DNA of 64,000 bases, taken from positions 62,001-126,000 of the forward strand of contig NIVC01001171.1 in NCBI GenBank assembly GCA_002269645.1. The letters are read 5' to 3'. This DNA is from Macrostomum lignano (Eukaryota). The translations under genes and the position numbers were made by a program. Of the stretch, positions 12,529 through 25,579 are shown in pieces. Within the stretch, counting starts at the first letter, position 1. Each line of letters starts with the position of its first letter. Below the pieces are notes generated by a model. It worked only from the letters and a program-made list of their open reading frames with translations. It was not told the origin of the DNA and did not search any database.

Positions 12529-15500
12529 ATGTCAATTCAAGCTGAATTTCAAGGCATACCGGAAGGTATGCAGCTAGTGGAGGAAGGCAAAGCTAAGATT
12601 GCTGTGCCTAAAGATGTTTTCTATAATCCAGTGCAGGTGAGTTTGAGGGTTTGAGAAAGTACATGTGTGTAGCGAGCAAGATTGAAGAGGGGTGGCGCCC
12701 CAGCCCCCACCCAATCCAGGCCTATAAAAAGTTTGGGTGTCAGTTTTAGGGTTTGAGAAAAAGTGTGTGTGCGTAGCGAGCAAGAGTCAAGAGGGGTGGC
12801 GCCCCAGCCCCCAATCCAGCCCGATAAAAAGTTTGGGTGTCCTCTTGCCCGCTTGTGTCTGAATTTGACCTCTCTCCTTACTGCTCTCTCATTGGCTGAG
12901 CTAGCTTGCGTTGCCCCTAGACTTAGTTTCGTCCTAAATTTGACCTCTCTCCTTACTGCTCTCTCATTGGCTGAGCTAGATTAGGCCTGTCCCTAGGCTG
13001 AGTTTCGTCCGTCTTGCGTTCACTTGTGTACATCGAGTTAAATAAATGCTTGCTGTACATGCTTACCCCATATGCTCCTAAGGCCGCAAGCCCAGAGTAA
13101 GGAAAGAAAATTTTAGCCAACATTAAATCTAAGTGACACTGCGCAGACAAACTACTGAAAATGAGTAGACGCTATTTTGTCACAGCTTTAATTTCGGGAG
13201 ACAAATATAGTTTTCTGGTATCTGTGCGCTTAGCTAATTTCAACCCTCTTTCTACCCCGATCTCGTTGGAAAACGTTAATGATGCGAATCGCTAAAGAGT
13301 TATAGCAAACAACTCACTAGTGACTCTAGCGACTCTTGTGACTATTTAGCGACTCAAACGACTTTAATGCAACGTAGAAGCGACTGACTAAATGGAGTTG
13401 CTATAAATACGAAATGCGATTCCAATTCATAAAGTGACGCAGATGCACTTTAGACGCAACTCGGCGACTCGACATCGACTCTGGCACGCTTCAAATACGA
13501 CTCTTACGGCCTAGAGTCGCTTAAACGACTCTTTGGCGACTTGTACCGAGACATCTCGTCGTTCTAGAGTCGTCTAGAGTCACTCCTTTTCTTTCCTATT
13601 TTACCTGCGTTACCTGTACCATTTTTATCGGGGATATCCGATATGTATGGAAAACAATTTTTTCTAGCTATTTGCCAGGGTTTTTCCCCACTACTATACA
13701 AACTACAACTTAATGTATTGTTAATCTTCTGCCTTCCAACGGATCCCATTCCAAAAAACACGCAGGTGTTCAACCGAGACCTGACCATGGCCGTACTGAA
13801 CGTATTCGGCCAGCAGTACCTTGCCGAACTGGCCGCCAGACGAGAGAAGCGCGCTCAGCAGCAATCGGAGCCTCCGCCTGAGCAGCAACCCGACGGCCTT
13901 CGAATTCTTGAAGCCCTGGCAGCCACTGGGCTGCGCTCGATTCGCATAGCCAAGGAAGTGCCCAACGTTGCTAAGATTGTTGCTAATGACAACAGCGAAG
14001 AAGCTGTTCGTTTAATTAAATCAAACGTAGCCAGGAACGGTGTTGATAAGCTTGTGGAAGCCTCGCTAAACGACGCTGTACTGCTTGGTCATCAGTGCGC
14101 TCGACTACCGCCTGAGGAGCGCTTCGATGTTGTTGATTTGGATCCTTACGGTTCCGCTGTGCCTTTTTTGGATAGCGCTGTTCAGGTGATTGACACGTGT
14201 AATACATTGGAAAACTTATAGGGAATTGAGAAATATTTGGCTTGGGATCTTGGTGAGGCTTCAGTTTAGATCTGGGTTGAGGCTTCACTTGGAATCTGGA
14301 TGAGGCTTGAGTTTGGGATCTGGATGAGGCTTCAGTTTGGGATCTGAATGAGGCTTCAGTTTGGGATCCGGATGAGGCTTGAGTTTGGAATCTGGGTGAG
14401 GCTTCAGTTTAAAATCTGGATGAGGCTTCAGTTTAGGATCTGGGTGAGGCTTCAGTTTGGGATCTGGATGAGGCTTTAGTTTAGGATCTGGATGAGGCTT
14501 CAGTTTAGGATCTGTGTGAGGCTTCAGTTTGGAATCTGGATGAGGCTTCAGTTTAGGATCTGGGTGAGGCTTTAGTTTAGGATCTGGGTGAGGCTTCAGT
14601 TTATGATCTGGGTGAGGCTTTAGTTTGAGATCTGGGTGAGGCTTCAGTTTAGGATCTGGATGAGACTTCAGTTTGGAATCTGGGTGAGGCTTCAGTTTGG
14701 GATCTGGGTGAGCTTGAGTTTGGGATGTGGATGAGGCTAAAGTTTTTTTAAGTCGAATATTGGAAGATTTCTTAAAAAATGTTTAAGAGTGCTTTAATCC
14801 TAGACTTATGCTTATTTTCTACTGTATAATACTCCCAGGCAGTCCGGCCAGGTGGGCTTCTGTGCGTCACCTGCACCGACACGGCCGTGCTGTGCGGCTC
14901 CGCCTTCGGCACCTGCTACGGTCGGTACGGCGCCGTGCCCTACCGCGGCGCCGGTATGCACGAGGCCTCGCTGCGAGTGCTGCTCCAGTGCGTGCAGTCT
15001 CACGCCAGCCGGCACTCGCGCTACATCGAGCCTTTGCTCAGCCTGTCAGTTGATTTCTACGTTCGAATCTACCTAAGAGTGCACCGTGGCCAGGGCGAGG
15101 TGAAGAAGATCGGCCGCCGCCTGGCTATGCTGCACTATTGTCCGGAGTGCGACTCGCATTGGCTGCAGCCCATGTCCGACTGCGGCCGAGACAAAGCCGG
15201 ACAGGTGCTCATGCGGCCGGCCAGATTGTTAGGCGTTGGATCGGCGAACGGCCGGTGCGGACAGTGCGGCATCGGCCGGCTGCAGCTGGCCGGGCCAATG
15301 TGGTCGGACTCTATTCATTCCGTTGATTTTGTTCGACGTCTAGTCGATTTTGTTCGTCAACAACGGGCGTCGACAGTTGGCGAAATTGCGTCGGAGACGG
15401 AGCAGCCGGGCTGCTTTGAGTTGGCCAGCTCAGACAGGCTCATTGGTTTGCTGTCCGTGGCTGCCGAGGAGCTGCCGGATGCGCCGCTGTTTTATACACT

Positions 15501-18500
15501 AGACGGGCTGGCCAGGTTTGTGTTGAATCCCATTGCGTATTTCAACTCCAAAGTAATGTTTCTGTTTTATCGAATTGTCAGTCTCTCCAGTTGAAAACTT
15601 TGCCGTGACAGGAATCGCTAAGTCGTTGCAAACAGCTCTCTAGTGACTCTTGTGACTCTGGAGGCGACTCTTGTGACTTTTTAACGACTTAAAACGACTG
15701 TAATCTGACGGAGAGGCGACTGTTGCGTCACAAGCGTGTCACGTGAGCTGTAGAGTCACAAGAGTCGTCCAAGAATCATGTATTGGCGCTTAACTTTCTA
15801 CTAACTCAGTAGGCTAGTTAGAGCACTTCAAACACAATTAACAGACTCTAACAGTGACTCCAGCACATCTCAAATACGACTATACGGACCCAGAGTCGTT
15901 ATTCCATCGCCCCAGAGTCGCAGACAATAAAGCGCTTCAAAATGACTCTTTGAAGACTTTTTGGCGGGTGGGTTTCACAAACGCGAAATTTCATAACCGC
16001 TAAAAGCACTTGCTTTCATAAACGCGAAACTTCACAACCGCTAACTTTTTTGCAGTCACTTTCATAAACGCGAAACTTCACAACCGCGAAACTTCATAAC
16101 CGCGAAACTTCACAACCGCGAAACTTCACAACCGCGAAACTTCACAACCGCGAAACTTCATAACCGCGAAACTTCACAACCGCGAAACTTCACAACCGCG
16201 AAACTTCACAACCGCGAAACTTCACAACCGCGAAACTTCACAACCGCTAAAAAGACTGCAGTTTTTTTTTATAAAAAAATAAGTCGTAACATAGTAGAAA
16301 AAATAGAAATTTTTATATGAAAGTATGTGCAAAATTTTTAGCGGTTGTGAAATTTCGCGTTTGTGAAAGCAACCCGCCACTGGCGACGTGAACTCTCGTC
16401 GTTTTAGAGTGATCGTCTGGAGCCACTTCTTTGCTATTTTTTGTGTTACCTGCAACGATTCTGGGGGGACGCATGTGACTCTGGTACGCTTCTTGGCCTG
16501 GGTACCGTTTTCATCGGAAGAGTCATGAAAAAGTGTCGTGTTGGCGCTTAACTGTCTACTACTGTCTCAAGTAGAGTAAATAGAGTTTGAAATGCGATTC
16601 TAATTCATAAGTGACGCAGATGCAGATGTCTCAGATACAACTTTACGGCCGAGAGTCATTATAGAAGCGTCCCAGAGCCGTTTCAGAGTTGCAGACATTA
16701 AAACCCCTCGAATTGACTCTCAGTCAACTCTGACGACTATTTAGCGACTTGTACCGTGATATGACCAAGCAAATGACCGAGAAAATGACTAAGCAATATG
16801 ACCAAGTAAAATGACTAAGCAATATGACCAAGTAAAATGACTAAGCAATATGACCAAGTAAAATGACTAAGCAATATGACCAAGTAAAATGACTAAGCAA
16901 TATGACCAAGTAAAATGACTAAGCAATATGACCAAGTAAAATGACTAAGCAATATGACCAAGTAAAATGACTAAGCAATATGACCAAGTAAAATGACTAA
17001 GCAATATGACCAAGTAAAATGGGGTGGGTTTCACAAACGCGAAACTTCACAACCGCTAAAAATTTTGCACATACTTTCATATACTGCAGTCTTTTTAGCG
17101 GTTGTGAAGTTTCGCGGTTATGAAGTTTCGCGGTTGTGAAAGTAGATGACATTTAGCGGTTGTGAAGTTTCGCGTTTGTGAAGTTTCGCGCTTATGAAAG
17201 TGGGTGATTTAGCGGTTGTGAAGTTTCGCGTTTGTGAAGTTTCGCGTTTATGAAAGTGACTGCAAAAAATTAGCGGTTGTGAAGTTTCGCGGTTATGAAG
17301 TTTCGCGGTTGTGAAAGTAGGTGATTTAGCGGTTGTGAAGTTTTGCGGTTGTGAAAGTAGGTGATTTAGCGGTTGTGAAGTTTCGCGGTTATGAAGTTTC
17401 GCGGTTGTGAAAGTAAATGATTTAGCGGTTGTGAAATTTCGCGTTTGTGAAAGCAACCCGTAAAATGACTAAGCAATACGACCAAGTAAAATGACCAAGC
17501 AATATGACCAAGTAAAATGACCAAGCAATATGACCAAGTAAAATGACCAAGCAATATGACCAAGTAAAATGACTAAATGACAATTTATACTATTCCCCAC
17601 AAATATAATTTTTTAAGCTCCCAGTCATTAGTAATGTCATCAATATGTCCCCAAGACAAACCGCAAGACCCAGAATCCCATGCTTAGCATCCCAACTGTC
17701 CCTTACCCTTACCACAGGGCGGTGAAGCGCAGCACAATGCCAATGAAGGTCGCTCGCTCCGCTCTGCTCAACGCTGGCTACCGGGTCTCCATATCCCACT
17801 GCGAGGGCAACGCCATCAAGACGGACGCCCCGGCCAGCTTCCTCTGGGACATGGTGCGCGCCCACTACCGGCAGTCTGGCGAGCAGATGTCCGAGCGACA
17901 CCTGGGCGAGGGCTCCCTGCCGAAGGCTCTGCTTGTGGACCATCCCGCTGCCGCTGGCGACGGCGCTGCCAGCATCGACTTTTCCCTGCATCTGCACGCT
18001 GAGCCACCGTCCAAGGCTGACGGACTGTTGAGGTGATTATAACTGTCTGCATTTCTGACTTGGACTGGGCCACCACTGCCATCAGATCCTCAGTTGCCGA
18101 GCCACTGCCCTCCCAGATCCTCAGTTGCTGAGCCACTGCCCTCCCAGATCCTCAGCTGCTGGGCCACCGCCCTCCCAGATCCTCAGTTGCTGGGCCACCG
18201 CCCTCCCATATCCTCAGTTGCTAGGCCACCGCCCTCCCATATCCTCAGCTGCTGGGCCACCGCCCTCCCATATCCTCAGCTGCTGGGCTACCGCCCTCCC
18301 ATATCCTCAGCTGCTGGGCCACCGCCCTCCCATATCCTCAGCTGCTGGGCCACCGCCCTCCCATATCCTCAGTTGCTGGGCCACCGCCCCTCCCCCCAGA
18401 TCCTCAGTTGCTGGGCCACCGCCCTCCCATATCCTCAGCTGCTGGGCCACCGCCCCTCCCCCCAGATCCTCAGTTGCTGGGCCACCGCCCTCCCATATCC

Positions 18501-19105
18501 TCAGCTGCTGGGCCACCGCCCTCCCAGATCCTCAGCTGCTGGGCCACCGCCCTCCCATATCCTCAGCTGCTGGGCCACCGCCCCTCCCCCCAGATCCTCA
18601 GTTGCTGGGCCACCGCCCTCCCATATCCTCAGCTGCTGGGCCACCGCCCCTCCCCCCAGATCCTCAGTTGCTGGGCCACCGCCCTCCCAGATCCTCAGTT
18701 GCTGGGCCACCGCCCTCCCAGATCCTCAGCTGCTGGGCCACCGCCCTCCCATATCCTCAGTTGCTGAGCTACCGTCCTTCCAGATCCTCAGTTGCTGGGC
18801 CAGCCTCCCAGATCCTCAGTTACTGGGCCGTCGCCGCCGCTCTCTTAGAACCTGAGACAACATAATCCAAGACCTATATATAATATCGCAGGTTCCACAA
18901 GCCGCCGCCCAACTGGGGTCCGAAGCCGCGTGCCAAGCGGAAAGCCAATGGCGATGGCGCAGCTTCTACAGCGGAGGCCAATGCTGCCACCGCTGCTGCA
19001 CCGGATGACCTCACTGAAGATCAGAATGACGATGAATTGTCGGGAGCATCTTGCGGCGAAGAGGAATCGGCGAAAAAGTACAAGGAGTCATCGTCACCTA
19101 GTTAA
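12529..19105 (+). CDS. TRMT1: tRNA (guanine26-N2,N2)-dimethyltransferase, 577 aa; join(12529..12636,13766..14185,14839..15515,17718..18032,18892..19105)
   Basis: EEGKAKI..VFYNPVQ|[49 protein letters not shown] zinc motif, [28 protein letters not shown]. All junctions are GT-AG and phase-consistent (1734 nt). Confidence 0.95.
14240..14740. repeat. 24-bp minisatellite (GATCTGGATGAGGCTTCAGTTTAG), TRMT1 intron 2
   Basis: Period 24 measured at 14401/14425/14449. Confidence 0.9.
15966..16375. mobile_element. MITE copy 1 (GGGTGGGTTTCACAAACGCG...GTGAAAGCAACCC) with internal 16-bp repeats
   Basis: ~40-bp TIRs. Internal AACTTCACAACCGCGA repeats on the + strand. Confidence 0.8.
16770..17575. repeat. 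26-bp minisatellite (ATGACTAAGCAATATGACCAAGTAAA), TRMT1 intron 3, interrupted by a MITE
   Basis: Period 26 (16801/16827). The array resumes after 17460. Confidence 0.9.
17022..17459. mobile_element. MITE copy 2, inverted relative to copy 1, with 8-bp TSD GTAAAATG
   Basis: Same TIRs as 15966-16375. Internal repeats are reverse-complemented. TSD at 17014-17021 and 17460-17467. Confidence 0.85.
18080..18830. repeat. 31-bp minisatellite (CCGCCCTCCCATATCCTCAGCTGCTGGGCCA), TRMT1 intron 4
   Basis: Direct tandem units. Source of the repetitive ORFs 18094-18865. Confidence 0.9.
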
Positions 19106-19286
19106 TAAATGTGCCACTGTGGCCTGTATCCTGTAATCAGTTCAACTTAAATCCAGAGAGCGAATTGATCAGGCCATCTGGAGAATCGCTCTAAAGAGTT
19201 GCCCTTTGGAACAAAATTTATCCTTATCAAGTCACCCACCCCTACCAGGCCCTAGAGAATCGTCTTTGAGAATCGCCCTAGAGAAT

Positions 19287-19835
19287 GGCCTCAGAGAATC
19301 GCCCCACATCCAGCCAGGCCTCAGAGAATCGCCCCTCATCCAACCAGGCCTCAGAGAATCGCCCCTCATCCAACCAGGCCTCAGACAATCGCCCCTCATC
19401 CAACCAGGCCCCTCATCCAGCCAGGCCTCAGAGAATCGCCCCTCATCCAGCCAGGCCTCAGAGAATCGCCCCTCATCCAGCCAGGTCTCAGAGAATCGCC
19501 CCTCATCCAGCCAGGCCTCAGAGAATCGCCCCTCATCCAGCCAGGCCTCAGAGAATCGCCCCTCATCCAACCAGGCCTCAGACAATCGCCCCTCATCCAA
19601 CCAGGCCTCAGAGAATCGCCCCTCATCCAACCAGGCCTCAGAGAATCGCCCCTCATCCAACCAGGCCTCAGAGAATCGCCCCTCATCCAGCCAGGCCTCA
19701 GAGAATCGCCCCTCATCCAGCCAGGCCTCAGAGAATCGCCCCTCATCCAGCCAGGCCTCAGAGAATCGCCCCTCATCCAACCAAGCCTCAGAGAATCGCC
19801 CCTCATCCAACCAGGCCTCAGAAAATCGCTTTTAT
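19287..19835. repeat. 30-bp minisatellite (CCTCATCCAGCCAGGCCTCAGAGAATCGCC)
   Basis: ~18 tandem units downstream of the TRMT1 stop. Confidence 0.92.
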
Positions 19836-20574
19836 GAATCGCCCCTTTCCCTTTGTTGCGGCTGTGTGTTATATTTAAGCTGCGACAGGTACTTCTAATG
19901 TACTTTTAAACAATTAAGAAGCAAATATATCAAAGCATTTTTGTCTGCATTTTTCAAATGGATAAAGCACTAAGCATTTGTTTTTGTTAATTTACAATTG
20001 CTTAGTTTTATTAGTGTTTAGCAGTGCCATTGCAGTGACATTTTATCGTGCATAAAGGTGGTGTTATCTGCTGGCTGTGTGCGACGGTGATTGACCAATA
20101 ATAGCGAACTTTGATCTGTGCTTCTTTGAACCAGAACCAGTTCTGTGCTTCTTTCCACAATTCAACTTCGTGTCTTTTTGAAACAAAAATTCTTTCTTTC
20201 TTTAAATGTTGCAATTTCGAAACCACAGGAAGTCCTTTATAGTTGTTTTTTATTATTATTTTGATGACGTCATGTCTCTTATCTTGTTCGGTGTCGGCCT
20301 ATACATTTCAAATTCAGTATATAAATTCGCGCTCTCAATCTTTACTAACAGCTGCACTGTGCACAGTATTTTCCTTCTAGAAGCTTCTCAGTAGGTGGTC
20401 TAATTTCACTGCATTGGCTTTCCTACTGTTTTGTACCTGTAAGTTTTTTATTCTTTAGTTATAGGTGCTTGTTTTCAACGTGTGCGCCATCTTTTCTGTT
20501 ATTCTATTTGCTCTCTTGCTTATGTCCTCTTTCTCGCTGTAGCTCTCCCCTCACAGTCCTCTACTAGTTGTAAC

Positions 20575-21810
20575 CCACAGATCTCACTGCCCCCCCCCCA
20601 GATCTCCCTGCCCCCAGATCTCACTGTCCCCAGATCTCACCGCCCCCACCAGATCACCCCCAGATCTCACTGACCCCCAGATCACCCCCAGATCTCACTG
20701 CCCCCCCAGATCTCACTGCCCCCCCAATCACACCCAGATCTCACTGATCCCCCCCCAGATCACCCCCAGATCTCACTGACCCCCCAGATCACCCCCAGAT
20801 CTCACTGCCCCCCCCCAGATCTCACTGCCCCCCCCAGATCTCACTGCCCCCCCAATCACACCCAGATCTCACTGACCCCCCAGATCACCCCCAGATCTCA
20901 CTGCCCCCCCCAGATCACCCCCAGATCTCACTGCCCCCAATCACACCCAGATCTCACTGACCCCCCCCCCAGATCACCCCCAGATCTCACTGCCCCCCAG
21001 ATCACCCCCAGATCTCACTGACCCCCCAGATCACCCCCAGATCTCACTGCCCCCCCCAGATCACCCCCAGATCTCACTGCCCCCCAGATCACCCCCCAGA
21101 TCTCACTGACCCCCCCCAGATCACCCCCAGATCTCACTGCCCCCCACCCCCAGATCTTACTGCCCCCCCCCAGATCACTGCCCCCCCCAGATCTTACTGC
21201 CCCCCCCCAGATCACCCCCCAGATTTCACTGCCCCCCCAGATCACCCCAGATCTCACTGCCCCCCCCCAGATCTCACTGCCCAGATCTCACTGCCCCAGA
21301 TCTCACTGCCCCCCCAGATCACCCCCAGATCTCACTGCCCCCCAGATCACCCCAGATCTCACTGCCCCCCAGATCACCCCAGATCTCACTGCCCCCCACC
21401 CCCCCAGATCACCCCCAGATCTCACTGCCCCCCAGATCACCCCCAGATTCACTGCCCCCCCCCCCAGATCTCACTGTCCCCCCCCCCCCAGATCTCACTC
21501 CCCCCAGATCTCACTGTGTTCCCCCTTGAGATCTTACTGTTTCCCTCCCATTTCCCTCTCCCTCTCTTAGATCTCACTTCACTCCTAAATCTCACTCTTC
21601 ACTCTCCCAGATCTCACTTTTCACTTACCTAGATCTCACCTTACTCCTAAATCTCACTCTTCACTCTCCCAGATCTCACTCTTCACTTACCTAGATCTCA
21701 CTTCGCTCCTAAATCTCACTCTCCACTCTCCTAGATATCACTTTTCATTCTCCTAGATATCACTTTTCATTCTCCTAGATCTCACTCTCCACTCCTAGAT
21801 CTCGCTGTTC
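20575..21810. repeat. C-rich degenerate minisatellite (CCCCCAGATCTCACTG / CCCAGATCAC) grading into a TAGATCTCACT-type repeat
   Basis: Visible tandem motif ending just before the desaturase splice acceptor. Confidence 0.88.
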
Positions 21811-21877
21811 ACCCCACCAACAGAGCGCTGACCAATACTGCCCCATATTCCCTCAGCAACAGCCGCCCACAGCCGCA

Positions 21878-23640
21878 ATGTCCAACGAGTTCAGCTGGGA
21901 GGAGATCCGCAGCCACACGTCGCCAGACAGTCGCTGGCTAGTGGTTGACAACGCCGTATACGATGTGAGCCGGTGGGCGCAAAAGCACCCGGGCGGCAGT
22001 CGCCTGCTGTCGCACTACGCTGGCCAAGACGCTACGGAAGCGTTTCGTGCTTTCCATCTCGACCAGTCGACCGTAGCCAAATGGTTGGCGCCATTGCGCA
22101 TCGGTCGAGTCTGTTCGAACGATCCCGAGCGTCTAGTTGCTATGCGAACCGATTTCGAACGCTTGCGCAAAGACGCGCAGGCTAGGGGCCTGTTCAAGCC
22201 CAGCTTAGTGTTCTACGCCCTGATGCTGGCCCACATATTCGCATTGGAGGCCATTGCCTACGCCTGTCTGCGCTTCTGGGGCACCGGCTGGTTGCCTTAC
22301 ATTGTGGCGCTGTGCCTGTACGCTACGGCGCAGAGTCAGGCTAGCTGGCTGCAGCACGACTTCGGGCACTTGTCGGTGTTTCACAATCGCCGATGGGACG
22401 GCTGGCTGCACCAGCTCACTATGAGCTATTTCAAAGGCGCCTCAGCGCACTGGTGGAAGCATCTGCACTATCAGCATCATTCCAAGCCGAACGTTATGAA
22501 TAAAGATCCCGACGTTCGCATCCAGCCGCTGTTCGTTGTTGGGAAAACTATGCCGAAAGAGACTGCGGCTAATCCTAAAAGTCCATACGTGCCCTATCAT
22601 TTCCAGCACAGGTATTTCTTTGCCATCGGACCGCCGCTGCTGTTCCCGGTGTACTTTCAAATTGCCACTTTCAGGCACGCCATTTCGCGTCGCTGCTACG
22701 TTGATTTGGCCTGCATGGCCCTGTTCTTTGCCAAGATCGTTGTACTGTACCGGCCGCTGCTGGGTCTGGGCGGCGCTTTCCTTTATTACTTCCTGGTGCG
22801 GATGATCGAGAGTCACTGGTGAGTGTCGTGTTTGTTAGTTTTGAATGTGTGCATGCCGATATTCTGTTATTAACTAGCATGTTATGTTCGATAGTTTACC
22901 TGCTAGACTGTTCACTGGTTAGATTATTTACCTTTAGATAGTTCACCGGTTAGATTGTTCACCTATTAGATTGTTCAACTGTTCGATTGTTCACCTATTA
23001 GATTGTTCAACTGTTCGATTGTTCACCTGATAGATTGTTCACCTGTTAGATAGTTCACCGGTTAGATTGTTCACCTATTAGATTGTTCAACTGTTAGATA
23101 GTTCACCTGATATATTGTTCACCTGTTAGATTGTTCAACTTTTAGATAGTTAACCTGCTAACTAGTTCACCTGTTAGATAGTTCACTTGTTACTCGTAGA
23201 TAGTTCACCAGTCAGATAGTTAACTATGTAGCTTAACCTTCTAGTACCTTCACCTGTTAGACAGCAGCTTCACCTCAACTTTCTCTGTCTCCAGGTTCAC
23301 TTGGGTGTCGCAGAGCAACCACATCCCCATGGAGATTGAGCACGACCGCGCTGAGCCTTGGCTGGCCCTTCAGCTGCACGCCACCTGCGACATCGAGAAG
23401 TCGCCATTCAACGATTGGTTCACCGGACACCTGAACTTTCAAATCGAGCACCACCTGTTCCCAACAATGCCGCGTCATAACTATTACAAAATCCAGCCGG
23501 ATGTGCAACACCTGTGCCAAAAGTACGGCATCCGGCACGAGATTAAGCCGCTGTGGCGAGCCTTCTGCGACGTTATCGGATCGCTGCGCCACTCTGGCGA
23601 AATCTGGCACGCGGCTTATCACGCCCATCATATGGACTAA
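21878..23640 (+). CDS. FADS2: Front-end (delta5/delta6-type) fatty acyl desaturase with fused cytochrome b5, 428 aa; join(21878..22818,23295..23640)
   Basis: HPGG heme motif and His boxes HDFGH, HYQHH, QIEHH. The junction reads ESHW|FTWVSQSNH across a GT-AG phase-2 intron. Orthology to vertebrate FADS1 vs FADS2 cannot be resolved. Confidence 0.95.
22880..23270. repeat. Degenerate ~17-bp repeat (TAGATTGTTCACCTGT) in the desaturase intron
   Basis: Repeated motif fills most of the intron. Confidence 0.75.
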
Positions 23641-24129
23641 GGCTGCAGTGTTCGATTGTCTACTGTCAGTAGCTGATCGGCACATCGGGTGGACTACTTG
23701 AGGAGATATTTTATTGTTTCACGCATCATTTCGTGTGCTGTCATGTTTGTGGATTATATTAATTAATATACATATAAGTAATATTATGGAACTCAGCGTC
23801 GAACTTTATTTTTGTTGGACTATGAGCCAATTTGATATGCCGTTCATTTATTGATTTTGCAAACTTATTCTGTTATGTGTCTCATCTTTGTCATTTTTAT
23901 TCTGTCGCAATCGGATGCTAAATAGGTTATTATTATAGCTTAAGTTTTCTTGCTTTTGTTTTCTGTATTTTGACATCCGCATTCTTGTGCGTCTCTACAA
24001 ATGCTTTGCTAGCCTGATGTATGAATAAATATTAATTTAATTTTTCCCCGATTTTAAATATATTGTTGAGCGTGTTTCCGGCAAATCCAGGCATCGGAGA
24101 AAGCTCGAGGTCTATATGTACATTCGGAA

Positions 24130-24816
24130 AGATATTGAGCCAGTGAATCTGTATTCTAAATGTACATTAGGGGAAGAGATTGAGCCAGTGAATCTGTATT
24201 CTAAATGTACATTAGGGGAAGAGATTGAGCCAGTGAATCTGTGGTCTAAATGTACATTAGGGGAAGAGATTGAGCCAGTGAATCTGTATTCTAAATGTAC
24301 ATTAGGGGAAGAGATTGAGCCAGTGAATCTGTGGTCTAAATGTACATTAGGGGAAGAGATTGAGCCAGTGAATCTGTATTCTAAATGTACATTAGGGGAA
24401 GAGATTGAGCCAGTGAATCTGTGGTCTAAATGTACATTAGTGGAAGAGATTGAGCCAGTGAATCTGTGGTCTAAATGTACATTAGGGGAAGAGATTGAGC
24501 CAGTGAATCTGTGGTCTAAATGTACATTAGGGGAAGAGATTGAGCCAGTGAATCTGTGGTCTAAATGTACATTAGGGGAAGAGATTGAGCCAGTGAATCT
24601 GTGGTCTAAATGTACATTAGGGGAAGAGATTGAGCCAGTGAATCTGTGGTCTAAATGTACATTAGGGGAAGAGATTGAGCCAGTAAATCTGTATTCTAAA
24701 TGTACATTAGGGGAAGAGATTGAGCCAGTGAATCTGTGGTCTAAATGTACATTAGGGGGAAGAGATTGAGCCAGTGAATCTGTGGTCTAAATGTACATTA
24801 GGGGGAAGAGATTGAG
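24130..24816. repeat. 45-bp minisatellite (GAGATTGAGCCAGTGAATCTGT(AT/GG)CTAAATGTACATTAGGGGAA), ~15 copies
   Basis: Explains the 15-aa-periodic ORF 24116-24769. Confidence 0.95.
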
Positions 24817-25579
24817 TTAATCACTTAAACCAGTGCTTATTAGCTCTTTAACAGATAGATCTCTAATATATAACTGATAGACCTTAAAATTGGTGAAATT
24901 GCCAACTGACATTGTTTTGATAATTATTGACAATTTATTTCAGCTTTTTTATTCAAATTGCGGCCATTTTTATACTTAAAAAGAGTTTAAAAATTTCTGC
25001 ACTCTTAGCCACGATTTTTTTCTGCTTTTTAATCGTAAAATCTACCCCTATAAACTCTTGTGCACCTACTTTGCCGCTGCTGAAACTCAAAATCTAACAT
25101 GCAGATGCGCCATTCCGATCTGTCTTGGGGCGTTTTTTAACTTTGTTTTCTTTACTTATTGCTGCTAATCTTTAGTTTGAATTTTTTTGTTAAAAATCAC
25201 TTCGTTAGAGACTATCCCAGTGTCATTAAATTATTTTATATTTATTTTATTTGTCATATTTAGCCTTGACTGTTGTCATTTGTACTTAAATTGATGAATA
25301 TATAAACGCTTCTATTTTGTTTACTGTTGGTGAGCTTCTCCCTTTTATTGCACTTTTATTGTATACTCGCATATACTAGTATCAATAACGCTTATGCGCT
25401 TTTACACAGCATACGCTAAGGAAGGTGTTGCACTTCTAAATGCTTTTGTTGAAATTTAAGAAGCAATCATGTTTATATTGAGGCTGACTTACTGATACCT
25501 TATTTAAAGTACTTCATGTACCTAATTGATTATGCAGAGCGATTTCAATTTTTATTTCAGTTTTCAAAAGGTTTATTGG

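Noticed and set aside
18094-19898. Long repetitive ORFs (also 24116, 32693, 34697, 46565, 48461, 49908, 59546, 62277, and the 63208 tail)
   Set aside because: They are translations of stop-free tandem repeats inside introns or spacers, with peptide period equal to the repeat unit.
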